Source: a virus. From it: a DNA stretch of 63,256 bases. Below the pieces are notes generated by a model. That model searched no databases and had not been told where the DNA came from. It saw nothing but the letters and a program-made list of their open reading frames with translations. The position numbers and the translations under genes were made by a program. Below are positions 23,891 to 32,603 of the stretch, piece after piece (the first letter of the stretch is position 1; each line of letters starts with the position of its first letter). The DNA lies in the IMG/VR virus record IMGVR_UViG_3300045988_135371, positions 1 through 63,256 of that record. The stretch is one strand, 5' to 3'.

Positions 23891-23901
23891 AAATAATCTA
23901 T

Positions 23902-24696
23902 ATGATAATAGCATGGTTTTCTTGCGGTGTAACATCCGCAGTAGCTTGTAAGATAGCACTAAGTCTGTATGATGATGTGCAGATTTACTATATCGAAACA
24001 GGTTCCGGTCATCCTGATAACACCCGGTTCCTATCTGATTGTGAAAGATGGTATAATCGCCCGATACATACTATCAGAAGCGATAAGTATCTCAACGTAG
24101 AGGATGTGTTGGCTAAGAAAAGATTTATTAATGGTCCTACTGGCGCAGCTTGTACATTTGAACTAAAGAAACAAGTCCGTTACAAGCTGGAAAAAGAGTT
24201 GGGGAATTGGGACGGTCAAGTCTGGGGATTTGATTTTGACCCAAAAGAGATTAACCGTGCCATTCGCCTAAAGCAACAATATCCGGATACAAAGCCGTTA
24301 TTCCCGCTTATTGAAAGACAGATAACCAAAAAGGATGCAATGGGTATGCTATGGAAAGCTGGCATTGAAATCCCTACCATGTACAAGATGGGTTACAATA
24401 ACAACAACTGCATCGGTTGCGTGAAAGGTGGTATGGGTTACTGGAACAAGATACGGAAGGACTTTCCAGAAGTGTTTGCTCAGATGGCGCAGATTGAGCG
24501 TGATGTTGGAGCCACCTGCTTGAAAGATAAAGACGGGCGCATCTTCTTAGATGAACTACCAACGTGGCGAGGTGACCCAGTGGAAGAAATTATACCGGAT
24601 TGCTCTCTTATCTGCCAGATAGAGTTTCAAGAGATAATCGACAGGCAGGTAGAACGGGTTTTGAAAGGAGAAATTCACATTAATGACGTAACATGA
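23902..24696 (+). CDS. PAPS-reductase-like / PP-loop ATPase family protein
   Basis: N-terminal AWFSCGVTSAV (degenerate SGGxDS PP-loop) and a C-terminal Cys cluster NNCIGC. Confidence 0.5.
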   Translation: MIIAWFSCGVTSAVACKIALSLYDDVQIYYIETGSGHPDNTRFLSDCERWYNRPIHTIRSDKYLNVEDVLAKKRFINGPTGAACTFELKKQVRYKLEKELGNWDGQVWGFDFDPKEINRAIRLKQQYPDTKPLFPLIERQITKKDAMGMLWKAGIEIPTMYKMGYNNNNCIGCVKGGMGYWNKIRKDFPEVFAQMAQIERDVGATCLKDKDGRIFLDELPTWRGDPVEEIIPDCSLICQIEFQEIIDRQVERVLKGEIHINDVT

Positions 24697-24857
24697 AGAA
24701 AAGAATAGAAAAAAAGATGCAGAAATACCAGCATAGATACAAATTACATCAGTATTTGAAGTATGCCCGCCAATGGTGTTGTGCTCTGGCCTATAAGGGT
24801 AAAATATACACGTTGTTAGATGATGGTAGAATTGTAAAGAAGGACGGTCAATTATGA
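24693..24857 (+). CDS. 54-aa hypothetical protein
   Basis: Below the track cutoff. ATGA overlaps at both ends. Confidence 0.35.
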   Translation: MKKRIEKKMQKYQHRYKLHQYLKYARQWCCALAYKGKIYTLLDDGRIVKKDGQL

Positions 24858-25066
24858 ATATAAAGAAAATAAAGGAACATAACCCTCAATCCTTTTTAGA
24901 CGATTTGAAACGGGTAAGAGAAATCATGGTCTATGCAGCGCATACCAACTCCTACTATAAGACTCTTAAACATGAATTGTTGAGAGATGCCGAAGAGAAA
25001 ACCATCATGTACTATATGACGGATTCCATATTCGCCAGGAAGCGTGATGTCATGGTAATAATTTAA
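24854..25066 (+). CDS. Hypothetical protein
   Basis: 70-aa ATG ORF. Confidence 0.45.
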   Translation: MNIKKIKEHNPQSFLDDLKRVREIMVYAAHTNSYYKTLKHELLRDAEEKTIMYYMTDSIFARKRDVMVII

Positions 25067-25077
25067 TCGAGAAGAAT

Positions 25078-25470
25078 ATGAAACAAACAGTAAAAGAAGC
25101 AGCAAAAGGATTTGCAGAATCAGTAATTGATTCATTCGGAAGAAGCGGAGTTCCGAGTGGTGTTTCCGATATTAAGGAAATGATTGCTCTTGGTTTTGAA
25201 AACGGCTCTGAATGGCGCATCAATAGCGTGTGGCATAAGACCAAAGATGAAGTGCCACAAGCTCATGGTGAATACAAAAATGAACATTATCCACAGATAC
25301 CGTGCCTTGTCTATGGAAAAATAAGCACTGGAACTGGTTACGGTGTCCGCTATTGGAATGTAACAGAGCAGTGCTGGGACGATGAAGAGTGCGATGACTA
25401 TGAGTGTTCCAAAGATGCCATTGAAGAATGGGCGTATTTGGATGATTTAATACCTAATAAAAAGCAATGA
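25078..25470 (+). CDS. DUF551-like protein, paralog 1
   Basis: Shares MKQT..EAA...F..G.EW and a W...E.P core with the next gene. Confidence 0.45.
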   Translation: MKQTVKEAAKGFAESVIDSFGRSGVPSGVSDIKEMIALGFENGSEWRINSVWHKTKDEVPQAHGEYKNEHYPQIPCLVYGKISTGTGYGVRYWNVTEQCWDDEECDDYECSKDAIEEWAYLDDLIPNKKQ

Positions 25471-25473
25471 TTT

Positions 25474-25839
25474 ATGAAACAGACATTAGAAGAAGCTGCC
25501 CAAAGCATGGCTTACAATAAGATGCCAGATTGGGGAGGATTGCCAGCATTGGCGAAAAAATATTTTATAAAAGGTGCCGAATGGCAGGCAAAGCAATCCC
25601 CGTGGATAAGCGTTGAGGAGCGGTTGCCGAAAGATATTCCTGGTGCTCCTTTGGTAGTTATATTGGAAGACGGCAAAACTGGATATTACAACGCAAGATA
25701 TACAGATAATTACGAGTTTGTAACCATGGATGGTCAGTTGTTGCACAATGTAGCATATTGGCAACCCATCCCCTCTTTCGATGAGATACTCGAAGCCAAC
25801 AAGGATGTACTGGAACGGATTAAAGAGAAAGGAGATTGA
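25474..25839 (+). CDS. DUF551-like protein, paralog 2
   Basis: PWISVEERLPKD is typical of DUF551. Confidence 0.5.
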   Translation: MKQTLEEAAQSMAYNKMPDWGGLPALAKKYFIKGAEWQAKQSPWISVEERLPKDIPGAPLVVILEDGKTGYYNARYTDNYEFVTMDGQLLHNVAYWQPIPSFDEILEANKDVLERIKEKGD

Positions 25840-25842
25840 ATT

Positions 25843-26028
25843 ATGTTTAGGACAAAAAAAGATGAAAAATTAAGATTGGACTTAGTGAAACAAGCTGGGT
25901 TCACATTAGACGAAGTACCATTGGTTTATGCTTTCATAAAGGGGGCTGATGAAGCACTGTCGGAGTTGCAAGAGTTCCGACAGTGGAAAATGTACAAAGA
26001 AAAGCAAAAGGTTGGATACAATCTTTAG
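25843..26028 (+). CDS. Hypothetical small protein
   Basis: 61-aa ORF. Confidence 0.4.
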   Translation: MFRTKKDEKLRLDLVKQAGFTLDEVPLVYAFIKGADEALSELQEFRQWKMYKEKQKVGYNL

Positions 26029-26234
26029 GCTTTTTCTACAAGCAATGAGATAACAAATACTGGATAAGGCTGTCCGTCTTTTCCGATTTGATGGTTGAAT
26101 GTAGTAGAAACAATCTGTTTCACAGTCCACCCATTTTCGTTTAATTGCTTGGTTACATCATCTAAATTCATTCCATAGGAATCAATGACGTTGAAACGTC
26201 GAGAGAAAGTTAGAACTCTTTGTTGCATAATCAT
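26025..26234 (-). CDS. Isolated reverse-strand small protein (moron-like)
   Basis: The only minus-strand ORF within the 22-kb rightward early arm. Has its own upstream repeat-rich region. Confidence 0.45.
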   Translation of the reverse strand: MIMQQRVLTFSRRFNVIDSYGMNLDDVTKQLNENGWTVKQIVSTTFNHQIGKDGQPYPVFVISLLVEKA

Positions 26235-26238
26235 AAAT

Positions 26239-26349
26239 GTTTAAAATTAGACAAAAACAAAAGTAGAAATTAAAAGGGGTATATCCAATATTCATAATGA
26301 TTAAGTTTAAAATTAGACACTTTACTCCTTTTCATAGGATATACCCCTT
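26239..26349. promoter_or_regulatory. Repeat-rich divergent control region
   Basis: 15-bp direct repeat GTTTAAAATTAGACA (26239-26253, 26305-26319) interleaved with a 13-bp inverted repeat AAGGGGTATATCC / GGATATACCCCTT (26274-26286, 26337-26349). Confidence 0.5.
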
Positions 26350-26367
26350 GTTTAAATTTGGTTAGGT

Positions 26368-26562
26368 ATGGAAGTAAAGAACGGAATAATAATAGACGGA
26401 GTGCTGCATGAACTGGTGAATACTAATTCAGAGGCTTGTTGTGATGGTTGCTCTCTTTATAGTATTTGTTATCAATCAATATTAATATGCTACACGTTGG
26501 GTGGAGATATATTTGTCAGTCGTGGTAAAGTGACAGATATTAAGATAGATAAGGAGAAATGA
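26368..26562 (+). CDS. Cys-containing small protein
   Basis: 64-aa ORF. Confidence 0.45.
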   Translation: MEVKNGIIIDGVLHELVNTNSEACCDGCSLYSICYQSILICYTLGGDIFVSRGKVTDIKIDKEK

Positions 26563-27026
26563 CTATGGGATTTACAACACCGTGTTTTATACGCAAAAAT
26601 ACAAAGGAACTTAGAAAGAAACTGGAAGAGTTGGGATATGAAATCCTTAATTCTGGTGATACAACTTTAGATGCACATAATTATGACGGCAAGGGAAGTC
26701 ATAAAAGTATCGAAGAGGGAAAGGCTATCATAACGTCTTATGGTAATTTATATGGAGTGGTATATGATGTAGATACTGTCACCAAGAAAGGAAGAATTGA
26801 TTGTGGAACCAACGAGGAGTTTTTCTTAGCTATCGTTTCATTGAGAGATGATACAGATGATAATCAACTATTCACCAATGGCAAGGGCGATTGGGGTATA
26901 TACCGGGATGGCTCTGACGGCGGTTTACCTGGAATGGATTTCTATGGGATGCCTAATGATTTTAACTTATCATATTATCATAAGGCTACCGTAAACGAAC
27001 TGATTGAACACTTTAATAAAAGTTAA
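26559..27026 (+). CDS. Hypothetical protein
   Basis: 155-aa ORF, ATGA overlap. Confidence 0.55.
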   Translation: MTMGFTTPCFIRKNTKELRKKLEELGYEILNSGDTTLDAHNYDGKGSHKSIEEGKAIITSYGNLYGVVYDVDTVTKKGRIDCGTNEEFFLAIVSLRDDTDDNQLFTNGKGDWGIYRDGSDGGLPGMDFYGMPNDFNLSYYHKATVNELIEHFNKS

Positions 27027-27028
27027 TT

Positions 27029-27409
27029 ATGACCGAAGAACTTGTAACATTAGAGACAGCGAAGCTGCTGAAAGATAAGGGCTTCAATTGGAAGTGTGAA
27101 CACCTAATAGACCGTAATAAGGTTATTACAAAATATGACCTTCCGCAAAGTATGTCGTGTTGTACGGAAATAGATGACGAACCAGTTGAATTTTTGTGTC
27201 CAGTGTTGTATATCGCCCAAAAGTGGCTACGTGAAACCAAGAAGCTGCACGTTGAAGTATCCTATATGTATGGGAATTATTGGATATACGATATACTAAC
27301 AATACCGAACCATGATTTGATAGGGTTATCCGACAGACCTTTGGTGCATTATAAAAGCTATGAGGAAGCACTGGAAGCCGGAATACAAGAAGTATTAAAA
27401 CTTATATGA
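27029..27409 (+). CDS. Hypothetical protein
   Basis: 126-aa ORF. Confidence 0.55.
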   Translation: MTEELVTLETAKLLKDKGFNWKCEHLIDRNKVITKYDLPQSMSCCTEIDDEPVEFLCPVLYIAQKWLRETKKLHVEVSYMYGNYWIYDILTIPNHDLIGLSDRPLVHYKSYEEALEAGIQEVLKLI

Positions 27410-27585
27410 CTATGAGAAGATTTATATATATACTGGTTCCTATCATTATATCATATCTAATTTGTGTATATGAGTATAATACGTGGAATTTCATAGCCGG
27501 GTTAGAGCCTTCACAAGCTTGCGAAAGATTAGCCAAATACGCTTTTTATTTCGTGATATGGTATTGGGTTGCGAATAATGATTAA
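27406..27585 (+). CDS. 59-aa membrane protein
   Basis: Below the track cutoff. ATGA overlap, two hydrophobic segments. Confidence 0.35.
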   Translation: MTMRRFIYILVPIIISYLICVYEYNTWNFIAGLEPSQACERLAKYAFYFVIWYWVANND

Positions 27586-27734
27586 TAGAATTATGGATAA
27601 AATAGGATTAAATATAGGCACTCTAAATAAATGCTGCTCCAAATGCAAGTTTGCAAAAGAAGCGTTTGACAACCAATTTGTAAGGTGCACATTTTATCGT
27701 TTTTATCCCTTTAAACAATTTGTATGTAATAACC

Positions 27735-27935
27735 ATGAATAGAAACGAATACCGGGAACGCTACAAACATTACAGTCCATACAGTGGGCAGTGTTATAAG
27801 AAGTCGTTCATATCGGGAATAGCAAACAATGTGCATGTGAACATGAGATGTGACGGGAAATGCCCCCGTATGAGGAATTATGATAAGAGAAACGGAGTAT
27901 TAACAGATAAAGAAAGAACAGATGAATCTAAATGA
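27735..27935 (+). CDS. Hypothetical small Cys-containing protein
   Basis: The track start is TTG, so the in-frame ATG at 27735 is used. Confidence 0.4.
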   Translation: MNRNEYRERYKHYSPYSGQCYKKSFISGIANNVHVNMRCDGKCPRMRNYDKRNGVLTDKERTDESK

Positions 27936-28485
27936 ACTGCGCGACCGCGCCTATAAAACCGCTTGCGACCACGGTTTCCATGATGAAGAATTGAGTAACG
28001 AACATTGCCTTTGCCTCGTAATATCCGAGTTAATGGAAGCTGTGGAAGCGGACAGAAAAGGGAAGCAACCCAACATAATGCAATTCGAGAGAGGTATTTC
28101 ATATCCTATGAACGATTTTAAGCAGGTGTATGATTATTGCATTAAAGGCACTGTAGCAGAAGAACTTGCCGATGCTGCCATCCGCTTGCTTGACCTTGCC
28201 GGATATAGAGGCATAGCCATTGAGACGTTTACAGAGGAAATGATATATGAATCAACAGAAAGTTGTAATGATGAATCGTTCACCGAAAGCATATACGCCA
28301 TCGCTACGATTCCAGTAAGATTTAAGTATGAATACGACTACTCCTTTGACAAGCAGTTAAATAGTATGTTACTAAACATTATCGGTCTATCCAATTATAT
28401 GGGTATAGATTTGCTTTGGCATATTGAGCAGAAGATGAGATACAATGAACTCAGGAGTTTTAAACACGGAAATAAAAAGTATTGA
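27922..28485 (+). CDS. MazG-like nucleoside triphosphate pyrophosphohydrolase
   Basis: LVISELMEAVEADRKG and AEELADAAIRLLDLAG helices are typical of the MazG fold. Confidence 0.6.
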   Translation: MNLNELRDRAYKTACDHGFHDEELSNEHCLCLVISELMEAVEADRKGKQPNIMQFERGISYPMNDFKQVYDYCIKGTVAEELADAAIRLLDLAGYRGIAIETFTEEMIYESTESCNDESFTESIYAIATIPVRFKYEYDYSFDKQLNSMLLNIIGLSNYMGIDLLWHIEQKMRYNELRSFKHGNKKY

Positions 28486-28489
28486 AAAG

Positions 28490-28801
28490 ATGAAAGCAAA
28501 AGTAAAAGCAACAGGGGAAATAATCGAGGCTACCATGAATGCCAACGCACAACCGACAGCAGGAACAGGTGCGCGTTATGTGTATGAAGGCTCTGACGGA
28601 AACACTTATTTTGATACAGAATTGGATTTCGACAAGGTTTTTCCCGACTGGCAGCAAGTCCGCATACAGGCGGCAATAGCGGCGATGAACACATTGATAA
28701 CCTGCTATGAAGGCACTTCTGACAAAGAACAGAAAATCACAAAGCGGGCTGTACAGTATGCTGACGCTTTAGTTGAGGAACTTAAGAAGAAAGGAGAATG
28801 A
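28490..28801 (+). CDS. Hypothetical protein
   Basis: Start moved to ATG 28490, just after the previous stop. Confidence 0.45.
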   Translation: MKAKVKATGEIIEATMNANAQPTAGTGARYVYEGSDGNTYFDTELDFDKVFPDWQQVRIQAAIAAMNTLITCYEGTSDKEQKITKRAVQYADALVEELKKKGE

Positions 28802-29307
28802 CAATGGACACATCGTTAACCATTCAGCAAATCCATTTGGCTCTACGCAACAGCGGAATATGGAACAAGCGTAGCGATATAATGATACCCAACGTATCAT
28901 GGGGGCTTCTTGACTACGAGGCGGATTTCCTCGTCCTCTCGAAAAGCGGGTATTTGACGGAAGTTGAAATCAAACGCTCGTGGGAGGATTTCAAAGCCGA
29001 TTTCAAGAAGAAGCATGCCCATGATGACGAGCGTGTATATTACTTCTATTACTGTGTACACGAAAGCTTTGCCGATAAGGCTATTGAAATGCTGAAAGAG
29101 AAGCACAACGAAAAAGAGGTTGCATTCATACCTGCCGTGCTGATATACGATGACAACGGCATCATTATAAAGCAAATCGGCAATAGGTATAATGCAGGAC
29201 ATCATCGCAAGCTCTTCCTAGAAGAACAGCTTACGCTTACCCGATTGGCTCAACTGAGGTATTGGAATTTGCTTGAAAAACAATTGAAAAGTAAAGAATA
29301 TGAGTAA
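28798..29307 (+). CDS. MmcB-like / PD-(D/E)XK-fold protein
   Basis: EADFLVLSKSGYLTEVEIKRSWEDFKAD fits D...ExK. Confidence 0.4.
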   Translation: MTMDTSLTIQQIHLALRNSGIWNKRSDIMIPNVSWGLLDYEADFLVLSKSGYLTEVEIKRSWEDFKADFKKKHAHDDERVYYFYYCVHESFADKAIEMLKEKHNEKEVAFIPAVLIYDDNGIIIKQIGNRYNAGHHRKLFLEEQLTLTRLAQLRYWNLLEKQLKSKEYE

Positions 29308-29812
29308 AAAGAAAATAATCTTCCTTGATATAGACGGTGTTATTTCCACGCAAAAATCTCATTATGCACTTGATAAAGATGCGTGTGATTTACTTGGAAA
29401 GATTATAGATGCTGCGGATGCCAAGATTGTAATTTCTTCGTCTTGGAGAAGAAACACGGTAGAAGATACAAAGGAAGAGTTGACAACTGTGAGGCCTTTA
29501 GTTCCTTTCCCATTTCCATACGCTGACAGAATTATAGGAGTAACTATAAGGGCGTATGCCTACGTTATGCAAGGCGTTCATCTTGGTATCCCTCGTGGAG
29601 TTGAGATAAAACAATGGATTGACACTCATATCTACTCTGACAACGGTAAAAACTGGAACTATAAAGAGATTGGAGTTGATTTTAATTACGTGATACTTGA
29701 CGATGATAGCGATATGCTTCTTGAGCAGGCTGAACACTTTGTCAAGACCGACACCCGTTTAGGCTTGACGGAAGACGATGTTGAACGAGCAATTAAAATA
29801 TTGAACCAATGA
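29300..29812 (+). CDS. HAD-superfamily hydrolase
   Basis: N-terminal IIFLDIDGVIS (DxDG motif I). Confidence 0.5.
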   Translation: MSKKKIIFLDIDGVISTQKSHYALDKDACDLLGKIIDAADAKIVISSSWRRNTVEDTKEELTTVRPLVPFPFPYADRIIGVTIRAYAYVMQGVHLGIPRGVEIKQWIDTHIYSDNGKNWNYKEIGVDFNYVILDDDSDMLLEQAEHFVKTDTRLGLTEDDVERAIKILNQ

Positions 29813-30207
29813 GAAAAGCAGACAGAATAATCAGAGACAAACATACCCGCATTCCAGACAAATACAAGAAGATTGACACTACTGTCAACGGGAATGCGGA
29901 AAGCCTTGCCGAACAACACAAGGAAGTGGAGAGACAATTGTTTCCTTTACGCCTTAACAAGACCACCATTATTTACGTCACAAAAGACAAGCAAAACGAA
30001 ACATATGCTGCAAAAGCACGTAAACGGATGGGGATAGCAGAGCCTAAGAAAACGTTTGTAGACCCGCTTTCGGAAGAGAACATTACCAAATTGTACAAGG
30101 AAGAAAACATACCACCCCGCAGAATGGCAGAAATGCTGAATGTAAGTGTAAGGACGATATATCTAAGGTTGGCTAAGTATGGACTTACGAAAGTGAAATG
30201 CAGATAG
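29809..30207 (+). CDS. Protein with C-terminal HTH, last gene of the early arm
   Basis: RRMAEMLNVSVRTIYLRLAKYGL. Confidence 0.5.
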   Translation: MRKADRIIRDKHTRIPDKYKKIDTTVNGNAESLAEQHKEVERQLFPLRLNKTTIIYVTKDKQNETYAAKARKRMGIAEPKKTFVDPLSEENITKLYKEENIPPRRMAEMLNVSVRTIYLRLAKYGLTKVKCR

Positions 30208-30520
30208 CAAGCTTACAGACACAACGATATAACCCTTGCCAAAACAGCAAGCGGTATTACCCAATGGATGAATCGTTCAAGGCGTTCTAAACGTTCCATT
30301 GGATAACCCGGAAAAGGCGGCAATAGTCCATGTAAAGGACATTGTCCGCCAATTCAAGCAGTTCGTCTATGTAATCCCTTTTTCGCATCACGTTCAAGTT
30401 TTCTACGTTGTTTACGATTTATGCCGTTTGTTGCGGCGAGACTATTCAGCGTCTCCTTTTGTTCGGGAGAAAGCATGCTATATACTTCTTCCCGTGATTT
30501 GCCTGATAAGATGGCTTGTA

Positions 30521-30943
30521 CTATTTTCCACATAAGCTACGTCTGCAATGTTCACACAAAAATTTCTTTGCTACCGGAAACATCTTCTGCCCCACATACC
30601 CACTAAGATACTGCGCCTCTTCCCCATACGGGTCGACGCCAAATGCCCGTGAGATATGCCGGCATAGATGCCCCTTTTCATGGTCGAAAGAGTTCTGAAA
30701 CTCTTCCGGCGAAGAAGTAAGAGCAATAACCATTACGGTCTCTCTGTTCCGGATATTGGAATAGGTGATGCCTGTGTTCAGATTACATGCGCGCATGTTC
30801 TTATAGGCATTCACCAAATCCAATCCCCTGCATCCTACCCGTTGAAGGTCGGCGATGATGCGGTCGGTATAATAGCAGTCCACTGCGTAATATACCCTCA
30901 CTTCCCAATCATAGTCCGGTATGTAAAACTCCTGCACTATCAT
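30521..30943 (-). CDS. Hypothetical protein with HExxH (HEKGH) zincin motif
   Basis: FDHEKGHLCRH. Last gene of the leftward late arm. Confidence 0.45.
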   Translation of the reverse strand: MIVQEFYIPDYDWEVRVYYAVDCYYTDRIIADLQRVGCRGLDLVNAYKNMRACNLNTGITYSNIRNRETVMVIALTSSPEEFQNSFDHEKGHLCRHISRAFGVDPYGEEAQYLSGYVGQKMFPVAKKFLCEHCRRSLCGK

Positions 30944-31764
30944 GTTTTAAATGTTTCTTTTTGTTCTTTATATCTAAATCCATATTTACCTTTCGGTTTT
31001 TTAGTTTTAGTAGCTCTTGCTATATGCGACTTTGAAACACCTGTAAAACGGCTTGCTTCGGACACAGAACCAAATTCATTTATAAAATTCCATTGATTAT
31101 CATAAACCAAAACTTTCCTTGCATTGGCAGTAACAGGTAATTCTCTGATATTAACGTTATCCTTATCATATCCCCAAAAATAACCTCCAGCTGTATTTAA
31201 TTTTCCATTACATACATCTATTATACTGCTATGATCTATTCCTGTTTTCCTTGATGCTTCCGCTCCAGAATAATACTTAGCGATAAAATTACCTTGCTTG
31301 TCAAATTGGTAGACTGTCTTAGGAGCTCTTTTCTTATTGTTTTTCTTTTTTGTTTCTAAGGCTTTTCTAATTGAATCCTTTGAATAAGTATTTTGCTTAC
31401 ATCGAGAATATGTTATATTATTTAGAGCATTTTCTTTATATGTTACCCATCTTAAATTTTCAACATTATTATCGTTCCTTATAGTATTAATATGGTCAAT
31501 GCAAGGCTTATTTTCAGGGTTAGGAATAAATGCTTCTGCGACTAACCGATGCACTCTTTTCGGGTATGTTTTACCATTCATATATAAGTTTACATAAGAA
31601 TATCCATGAGTACCATCAGAAGCAACAGCAGACATAAGGTGAGATTTTCTTTTTTCAAAGCAATTCCCTCTTTTCACAATCCTGTCAACAGACCTTACAT
31701 TTCCCATATTAGATACTTCATAAAGTCCTTCAAATCCACTAATTGGTTTCCAAATTTCTTTCAT
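30940..31764 (-). CDS. Free-standing HNH homing endonuclease (NUMOD4 + HNH_3 + two NUMOD1-like repeats)
   Basis: IWKPISGFEGLYEVSNMGNVRSV, HRLVAEAFIPNPENKPCIDHINTIRNDNNVENLRW. The track start is TTG, so ATG 31764 is used. Confidence 0.85.
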   Translation of the reverse strand: MKEIWKPISGFEGLYEVSNMGNVRSVDRIVKRGNCFEKRKSHLMSAVASDGTHGYSYVNLYMNGKTYPKRVHRLVAEAFIPNPENKPCIDHINTIRNDNNVENLRWVTYKENALNNITYSRCKQNTYSKDSIRKALETKKKNNKKRAPKTVYQFDKQGNFIAKYYSGAEASRKTGIDHSSIIDVCNGKLNTAGGYFWGYDKDNVNIRELPVTANARKVLVYDNQWNFINEFGSVSEASRFTGVSKSHIARATKTKKPKGKYGFRYKEQKETFKT

Positions 31765-31798
31765 ATAGCACAAATTTTAGTTTATGCAAATATATGAA

Positions 31799-32218
31799 TT
31801 ACATTAATTCAGACCAAATAATCGGGTTTCCAGAACCAATACAATCTGCATAAAAACGGGTAAACGGAAGTCCGTCGTATCCATCCGGATCATCTATGTA
31901 ATCCTTGATAAACAAGGCAAGATGAGCTTCGTCCACTATTGAACTCTTGTAGTAATCCGACTTCGCCATGTTGGCCACGTAAACGCAATCATACCCTGCG
32001 TCCTTTTCCAGTTTTACGCCATATTTCTTTAGCAGTTCTTCCACCTGCTCTTTACTGATTGGCTCCAGTTTTTCCTCTTTACCCGTAGCTTTATTTTCCA
32101 CTTTCATGCGGGAAACAGCCCATAAGCACATTTTTTTGCTGAAATGCCAACCATACTGGCTAAGATAATCAGCCATTGCCGGCGGTATCCTGTCGTATGT
32201 ATCTAATCTTTGTTTCAT
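31799..32218 (-). CDS. Hypothetical protein
   Basis: 139-aa ORF. Confidence 0.55.
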   Translation of the reverse strand: MKQRLDTYDRIPPAMADYLSQYGWHFSKKMCLWAVSRMKVENKATGKEEKLEPISKEQVEELLKKYGVKLEKDAGYDCVYVANMAKSDYYKSSIVDEAHLALFIKDYIDDPDGYDGLPFTRFYADCIGSGNPIIWSELM

Positions 32219-32269
32219 ATTTTTCTGATTTTAAGTGATTGGCAAAAGAGGGGAATAATCCCCTCTCCA

Positions 32270-32602
32270 TTACATGAACTCTCCGTTGGCGCGTCTGCGT
32301 CTGCGTTCGCTCATATCTTCGCCATAAGGCTGTGCGCTGCGGCGTTCGCTGTAAATCGGATATTCCGGGAAGTAACCCGGCATACGGCGTTCGCTCATAT
32401 CCGAACCACCGCTATAACTTCCGCTGCGTGAGCCACCGCTATTACGATAACCTATTTCGCCGCCCTGCATCTCACGCATGGCTTTCTCGTAACCATGACG
32501 GCAACCCTCTCTATAGGCTTCTTCCATAGGATTACCGCCTCTCATACCGAAGTCACGGTCATATTCTCCGCGTCCTTCTTCCAATATTTCCCACATTCCC
32601 AT
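32270..32602 (-). CDS. Low-complexity Gly/Arg/Ser/Glu-rich protein with internal DMSERR repeats
   Basis: SDMSERRMPGY...YSERRSAQPYGEDMSERRRRR. The underlying DNA repeat GCGTTCGCTCATATC occurs twice. Confidence 0.45.
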   Translation of the reverse strand: MGMWEILEEGRGEYDRDFGMRGGNPMEEAYREGCRHGYEKAMREMQGGEIGYRNSGGSRSGSYSGGSDMSERRMPGYFPEYPIYSERRSAQPYGEDMSERRRRRANGEFM

Positions 32603-32603
32603 A

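Noticed and set aside
26274-26349. Invertible promoter (inverton) bounded by the 13-bp inverted repeat
   Set aside because: The spacer is only 50 bp, which is shorter than typical recombinase-driven invertons. Operator or regulatory function is more likely, though long reads could still test inversion.
30299-30698. Plus-strand ORFs of 60-78 aa in the convergence gap
   Set aside because: They overlap one another and the end of the minus-strand HExxH gene, and their composition is not protein-like.
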